A DNA stretch of 64,000 nt, taken from assembly GCA_964016885.1 (NCBI GenBank), contig OZ024742.1, positions 351,354,001-351,418,000 of the forward strand. Reading direction: 5' to 3'. Made by a program: the position numbers and the translations under genes. A model generated the notes under the pieces. It saw only the letters and a list, made by a program, of their open reading frames with translations. It was not told where the DNA came from and did not search any database. How positions within the stretch are numbered: position 1 is the first letter of the stretch; each line of letters opens with the position of its first letter. Shown here piece by piece: positions 57,794 to 64,000 of this stretch. This stretch comes from Eledone cirrhosa. Lineage: Eukaryota.

Positions 57794-59725
57794 AATGAAT
57801 AATAACAGGTAGACATCATAAAAAGGTAATTTATTCCGTGTGCTTACAAATGTTTCCACGGTGGTACTACAGCCTAGTTATGCTAAGTGCAAATTTACAA
57901 CTATTTGCAGAACTCAAATATCCAATGCTGTGACCACTGTATCCTCAGAGCAGAATGGTAAAATGTACAATGTAAATACCCTTAAGTGGGGTTGTTGGGG
58001 AAGATAGAGTAGAAAAGGAAGAGAGAAAAGTAGGGGAGAGGGAGAGAGAGAGAAATATATGCAGGGGTTGGAGAAGTAGGAGAGAGTGGTTTGTAGATAT
58101 CTTAATCAAAATGTTATGGTAGGGCTTTATTATGCTGGTTACTTTTGGAGAGATGCGTTGATAGTTAAGGTCTGAATTATTTATTGCCCCAGAGGGCAGG
58201 TTCATATATGTAGAGAGGGAGGTAGGCCAAAGGCGAGAGAGAGAGAGGGAGTGTAATGGATGTAGACAGAGAGGTAGAGAGGGGACAGACGAAGTTTATG
58301 TGGTGAGTGAACTTTGGGTTTGTAGTAGTAATCTGCGAATTGCACAGAGTTACCATTTATAGTGATAAGCAGTCTATTGTATTGTAGTGTGGGGGAAGAG
58401 AAGGTGGTTAGCTAGAAAGCGATGTTATAGTTACGGGTTCGAATGTTAAGTTATTTTATAGTGAGAGAATTTAGCTTTTAGCTTTTAGTTTGTGGTTGCA
58501 GTATAATGGTCGTTCAATTCTATCAGAAAGTAGTTTGTTTTTGGATTTTAATATGTAAAAGAGTTCAAGGTTACATAACCTGCAGTACTTTAATCCACTC
58601 CGATATGCACTTGCGCTGAAAATATATCCCATTTTAAGGTGAACTGTTGGTTGCGTTCACGGAGTTGCCAGGTCTTGTTGGCGAGCGTGGTCACAAAACG
58701 GTGATTAGGATGTTTGATTGAGAATCGATAACGGTACCAGCGAGATTTAAACGAGGTGGTGGTAGATCCGATATAATACCATTTCTGGTCGTTCGATTCA
58801 ACCGTGCATTGGTAAACAATGTTGGACTTTAGGCATTCATTCTTCAATGGACATCTTTCAGGTAGATGGCAGTTACATTCTTTGTTGTGGGTAGCGGGTA
58901 TACCATGGACAGGTTGTGATAGCAGTGCAGGTGGATTGTGTAATACCCGTCTCCCATTTAGTGGTTGGGAGGCAGATATTACGTTCTGCCCATCTATTAC
59001 TAAAATGTTTTGTTTTGTAGAGTTGTTTAATTGCCTTAAGGTAAGTTTTTTTTAATGTATGCTTCAAGGTTTGGTGCCGTGGAGTATGATAGTCTAATAG
59101 TTTTAGATTTCAGAATGTTGCTGTATTTATGGGAACTAGGGAAATGTTTGTTGATTAACTTAAAGAATGAAAGAGATAGTTTTGTAGTAATCGAGGCATT
59201 AAAAATAGGATTGTACCAGTTATACTTTCTACAACGTGATTTATTTGGTGGTGATTTTCTATTATTAGTATGTCTGGTAGTATAGTGTGTGTGTGCTTGT
59301 ATTTTAGTCCCCCGGTTACGTATTCCTTGATTTCGTGTAGAGCTATGTGTGTTATGGACATTCCTATCAATGTATTCTATTGTATCCCGGTGGTCGGCAT
59401 TCCTTAATGCATTATTGTAGTATTCAGCGTGTTCACTAAAAATATCAGAGTTAGACGATAGACGAGAGATTCTAAGAGAAATACTCCGGGGAACCGATTT
59501 GATCATGGAGAGTGGGTGGTTAGAGTTAAAGTTAATATACGTAATGTTCTCATTCATCTTGTGGAAGGGTAGTATCTGTCCGGTATTTAAATTAAGAGTT
59601 ACGTCCAGAAAGTTTACTACTTTAAGATTGTATTTGTATGTTATTTTTAGACCCAGTTCACTAAAAGATTTTCTAATATTTTTCCGTAGCCTTTCAAGAT
59701 TTTGGTTATTCAAGTTATTAACTAA
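57790..59725 (-). mobile_element. Naiad-like PLE, 5' truncated (RT C-terminal half, GIY-YIG, UTR, HHR)
   Basis: VNFLDVTLNL, SNHP, WYNP, IRLSYS..PN, CNC...CPL..ECL..NIVY.C..YYIGST..FKSRW, CRLC. Frameshifts are present. Confidence 0.9.
57841..57952 (-). ncRNA. Type I hammerhead ribozyme with ~85-nt branched stem II
   Basis: TGCT CTGAGGA TACAGTGGT..ACAGC...GCTGT..ACCACCGTG GAAAC ATTT GTA AGCA. Confidence 0.78.
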
Positions 59726-59741
59726 ATATATATATATATAT

Positions 59742-61858
59742 AAAATCAGGTGGCGAGCATTCCACTTTGATAAATCTAATATAAATGAAAATGTCTCGGA
59801 CTTAAACAAAGTTTTCAAATCCAAAAGAAATCCACCCCCCAACAAACTTTTATCTGACTTTGAAAACGATATAATTTCTATCATACAAGGAGTCAAATTT
59901 AAGAGAAACTTCAAAGACCAGGAATATCTGAAAGGCATTAGGGATAATATTGAGAACTTGGAGAAAACTGAGAAGATCTTGGTAAAATCTGACAAGACCA
60001 ACAACCTCTATGGAGTGCAGAAAGACATGTATAATGGCCTCATACTAAAAGAACTGAGGAAAAAGTACAAGGTAACAGATAAGGCCGAGCTACAGAAAAT
60101 GAATGTTGAGGCATCTTGTATAATGCACGAGTTGGAAATCGAGAACAGAACACAACCTTTCGTGCCCAGGAAACCGAAGATCAATATGAAAGATCATAAG
60201 AGAAATTTCGAGAATGACTTGCCAGTCAGATTGATTGCACCATCAAAATCGGACCTGGGTAAACTAAGCAAAAACATTCTTGACAGGGTGATACAGCAAA
60301 TTAAAAACTTGGGTTGTTTACCTAACCTGAGCTTGTGGAAGGGAACTGGTGAGGTTGTTGAGTGGTTTAAGCAAATTAAATATAACAATAATAATAAGTT
60401 TATTCAACTTGATATTGCTAACTATTATTCTTCCATTACCCCTAATCTACTAAATAAGGCACTAAATTACGCATTCAAACATACAGACCTAACTAGCAAT
60501 GAAATGCACATTATATTATCGGCTAGGAAAACATTGATAGAATTTAATGACCAACTATGGACCCGAGCAGATAGAGATAACAATTTTGACATTACTATGG
60601 GATCATCCGACTCAGCTCAGGTAACTGACCTTGTGGGCTTATTTTTAATCAATTCGCTGCATAGGAAAATACCTGGTACTACCGGAGGTTTATATAGAGA
60701 TGACATGCTTTTACTTATTGATAATAATAACTCTGAACTAAATAGAAAAAGAAAACAAATTACACAATTGTTTAATCACTTTAATCTAAAAATAGAAATT
60801 GAGAATAGCCATAGAATAGTCAACTTCCTAGATATAACATTAAATCTCAACACATGTCTTCACTATCCATTTCACAAATTGAATGAAAACTTAAACTATG
60901 TCAGCTTTAACTCTAACCACCCCAAATCCGTTAAAAACACTATAGTAAACTCTGTTCAATCACGTATCTCTAGAATCTCATCTAATAAAAAGATTTTCGA
61001 CGAAAAAGCCCATTATTACAATGAAGCGTTAGCTAGAGCAGGATATAGTGATAAAATTATGTACATAGATAATGATAAACAAATTAAACAAAATAACAAC
61101 TGTTTTAATTATGGCCACAACCTTAACAACTATAATAGAAAGCATTACAATAATTCCAAAAGCCATAAAAGAAATAGAACTAGGAATATAATATGGTTTG
61201 CCCCCCCCCCCCCCTTCTCACTAAACATTAAAACCCACATTGCTAAACAATTTTTTAAAGCTCTCGATAATCGCTTCCCGAGAACACATAGGTATCACTC
61301 AATTTTCAATAGACATACTATAAAATAACCTACTCATCCACCAAAAATTTAGCGCAAAATATTAATAGAATAAATAACAGGAACTTAAAACCTAGCGATA
61401 ATAGCATAAATAATATACAAGTTAACAAATGTAACTGTAGAGATAGATCTAAATGTCCGTTAAATAACAACTGCTTAGTTAAAAATATAATATACAACTG
61501 TAATGTTAAAACGGACGTTAATTCTTTTAACTACGTTGGTTCTACATCGACGGAATTTAAACTTCGCTATAACAACCACAAGAATTCTTTCACAGATCCA
61601 TCCCAAAAATCTTCAACAGCACTATCAGGCGTACTCTGGCAACTTAGGCATGATAACGTTAGATATTCGACGACTTGGAATATAGTTTCAAGGGGGATTC
61701 CTTTTAATTCATCCTCTGAGACATGTGACCTCTGTGCGGAGGAGATATTCTTTATACTAAAATCTAAAAATTCCCTTAATCTACGGACAAATTTATTCAG
61801 TTGCTGCAGACATAGATTGAACTCAACGTTTAAATATAAATTTAAATTTAAAATGTAA
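59742..61858 (+). pseudogene. Naiad-like PLE RT + C-terminal GIY-YIG endonuclease, near-intact (5' truncated, one frameshift at ~61325)
   Basis: KIRWRAF, SDKTNN, KDHK, PVRLI.P, FIQLDIANYY, ITMGS, GLYRDD, VNFLD, SNHP. After the shift: CNC..CPL..CL..IIY..YVGST..FKLRYNNH..CDLC..E..LN..CRH, stop at 61858. Confidence 0.93.
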
Positions 61859-63176
61859 TTATGTTTGTTTTGATTTGATTTGTAATTATTTATGAAACTA
61901 GCCGATAAATCTTTCGATTTCTTCTTTTTATTAAAACATTCTTTTTAAACATTCTTCATGAATAATTAAACTACCCTAAAAGCTGATGCTCCAAATATAT
62001 CGAATTAAATTTTAAACTATATAAACTTCTATATTATATATAAGAACATATGTCGACCAAATGGGTATCCTAAACTTTTGGAATGATTTCTGCTAGACAG
62101 GATTTGGTAAACAATTTTTGTTTTATCTGTTTCGACTCTGATGCTTATGATGATCTTGGCAATATATTGTCAATTAACTTTGAAAGGCTGATCTCTGTGT
62201 TTTATTTTTATTTGTATTATTTTTTAATATTATTTTTTAATATTTTTTAATATTTTGTAATATTTTTTATTTTTAATATTAAATGTTTTAGTTTTTCTGT
62301 TTATTTATTTATTTATTTTCTTGTCTCTGATGTTTTTATTTTTATTTTTATTTTTATTTTTATTTTTATTAATATATTGAAATCTGTTCTCTATTTCTGC
62401 TTGATCGACAATCAGCTAGAATAAAGACAAGAATAGTATTGTTAAAATTAATATAGACTCTATATATATATGTGTATATATACACACATATATGTATACT
62501 TGAATTTTTATAGCACAATGAGAATGTTTTCGTGTGAATTGGGAGTTTGTTTATAATTATGATATAAACATATGAATTTTTAAAAACTAGACATAAGATC
62601 ATTACTTTTCACACATTATAGATACATGTCTCATTCATGAATACTGGTACTTACATTATAATGCCTGTTTTATACGAACTAATATTTTCTACGGATAAAA
62701 CATAGCGGTTTTAAATTCTGCATCGTTTGTGTCTGGTTATGTTTCATTTTTTCTTTTTCATTTTCTCTTTTTTTCTCTCTATATAACGGCTATTTTCTCT
62801 CTTAACTACATACATCTCTCTTTACATTAATACTAGAGCTAAACAAATAAATAAATAAATGAATAAATGTATCAACCGATACTCAACTTCCTAATTTCTC
62901 TATCTATCTCTATCTATCTCTTTCTTTTTTTTTTTCCTCTCTCTATATATATTTCTCTCTGTTTCTTTACATGGAGTTCTTCTCTTTATCTATCTTTCTA
63001 TATCCCTCTATTTAGTCACATGCATTTCTTCTTTTTCTTCGTTTCTCTTTCTTTCTCTCTTTATCTCTTTCTTTTTACAACTGTCCTCAATATTTTTTAC
63101 TATCAAATCAACCTCCCAAATGCAAGGTGATTGAAAGGTATGTCGTATCTATTTATTTATAAGACTGTTTATATTG

Positions 63177-63242
63177 TATTTTGTCTGAAGATGGCATAAC
63201 ATATTGTTAATATGATATCCCTGAAATATATATAACGAAATA
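63177..63242 (+). ncRNA. Type I hammerhead ribozyme (PLE 3' end)
   Basis: TATTTTGT CTGAAGA [stem II] GAAA TATATA TA ACGAAATA. Confidence 0.65.
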
Positions 63243-63370
63243 AATATGGTTTTATAAATATAGTTTCCATTTATTTAATATCATAAATATACTCCAAATA
63301 CGTGTTGAGTGCTTTTATATCAGTTATAAATATTTACTCGTTGTTAGCCCAACTATTTAAATATAACTTT

Positions 63371-63493
<123 letters not shown>

Positions 63494-63643
63494 ACTGGAA
63501 GGTAATATCCGTAGCGGTAGAACATCAGTCCATGGGACGCGTTAGTTAGATGTGGTACACAACAGTTAGTTCACCATACCGAGAACAATTGTGAAACGAT
63601 TGATCTCGGTATGGTTATCTAATTGTTGTGTGCCTCTTCCCTC

Positions 63644-63735
<92 letters not shown>

Positions 63736-63881
63736 CATATATATGTTTGTCGGACTTCCAACAAATTAAATACCACTTCTACTTATATATATATATATAT
63801 ATATATATAGACATATATATTTCTTAAAATAAAATATTAAAGTTTAAGCAAAGAACCAGTGCTTTCGCCATTAACGGGATC

Positions 63882-64000
63882 TTACGGACTGAGTTCAAAT
63901 CCCGCCGAGGTCAACTTTGCCTTTCATCCTTATGGGGTCGATAAAATAAAGTACCAGTAATACACTGGATAATTGCTGGCATTGTGCCAAAAGTAGAACA
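63882..64000 (+). mobile_element. tRNA-derived SINE, family A, 5' truncated, running off the window
   Basis: CTGAGTTCAAATCCCGCCGAGGTCAACTTTGCCTTTCATCC... Confidence 0.85.

Noticed and set aside
59499-59741. N-terminal ~80 aa of the 609-aa ORF (and of the 322-aa minus ORF)
   Set aside because: Chance read-through from the antisense strand of the neighbouring element across the TA spacer. Homology begins at KIRWRAF.
61425-61858. Selenocysteine-type Naiad (UGA replacing Cys)
   Set aside because: All conserved Cys positions are TGT/TGC, and no in-frame TGA was seen.

Overview
AT-rich, (TA)n/(CA)n/(GA)n microsatellite-laden eukaryotic non-coding DNA. The SINE families and repeat landscape look like an octopus or other cephalopod genome (inference). 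I found no host protein-coding exon I can support, and nearly all ORF-track entries are microsatellite translations. The window holds decayed Penelope-like retroelements (PLEs): one Neptune-like copy and five Naiad-like RT/GIY-YIG copies. It also holds tRNA-derived SINEs, one non-autonomous Helitron and, read by eye, about 49 type I hammerhead ribozyme (HHR) motifs. The main signal is a set of non-coding, HHR-bearing tandem or circularly permuted elements that look like retrozymes, with units of 310, ~435, ~470 and ~483 bp. They are inserted into (TA)n tracts, often as head-to-head fold-backs. The largest (45491-53032) is a ~7.5-kb near-perfect palindrome of ~24 identical 310-bp units with 25 HHRs. 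Its ribozyme core is nearly identical to the 3' HHR of a Naiad-like PLE in the same window. Several HHRs have non-canonical cores (a CAGANGA family) or very long stem II inserts, and many inversion junctions fall at the ribozyme itself. All coordinates and RNA folds were read manually; none were computed.
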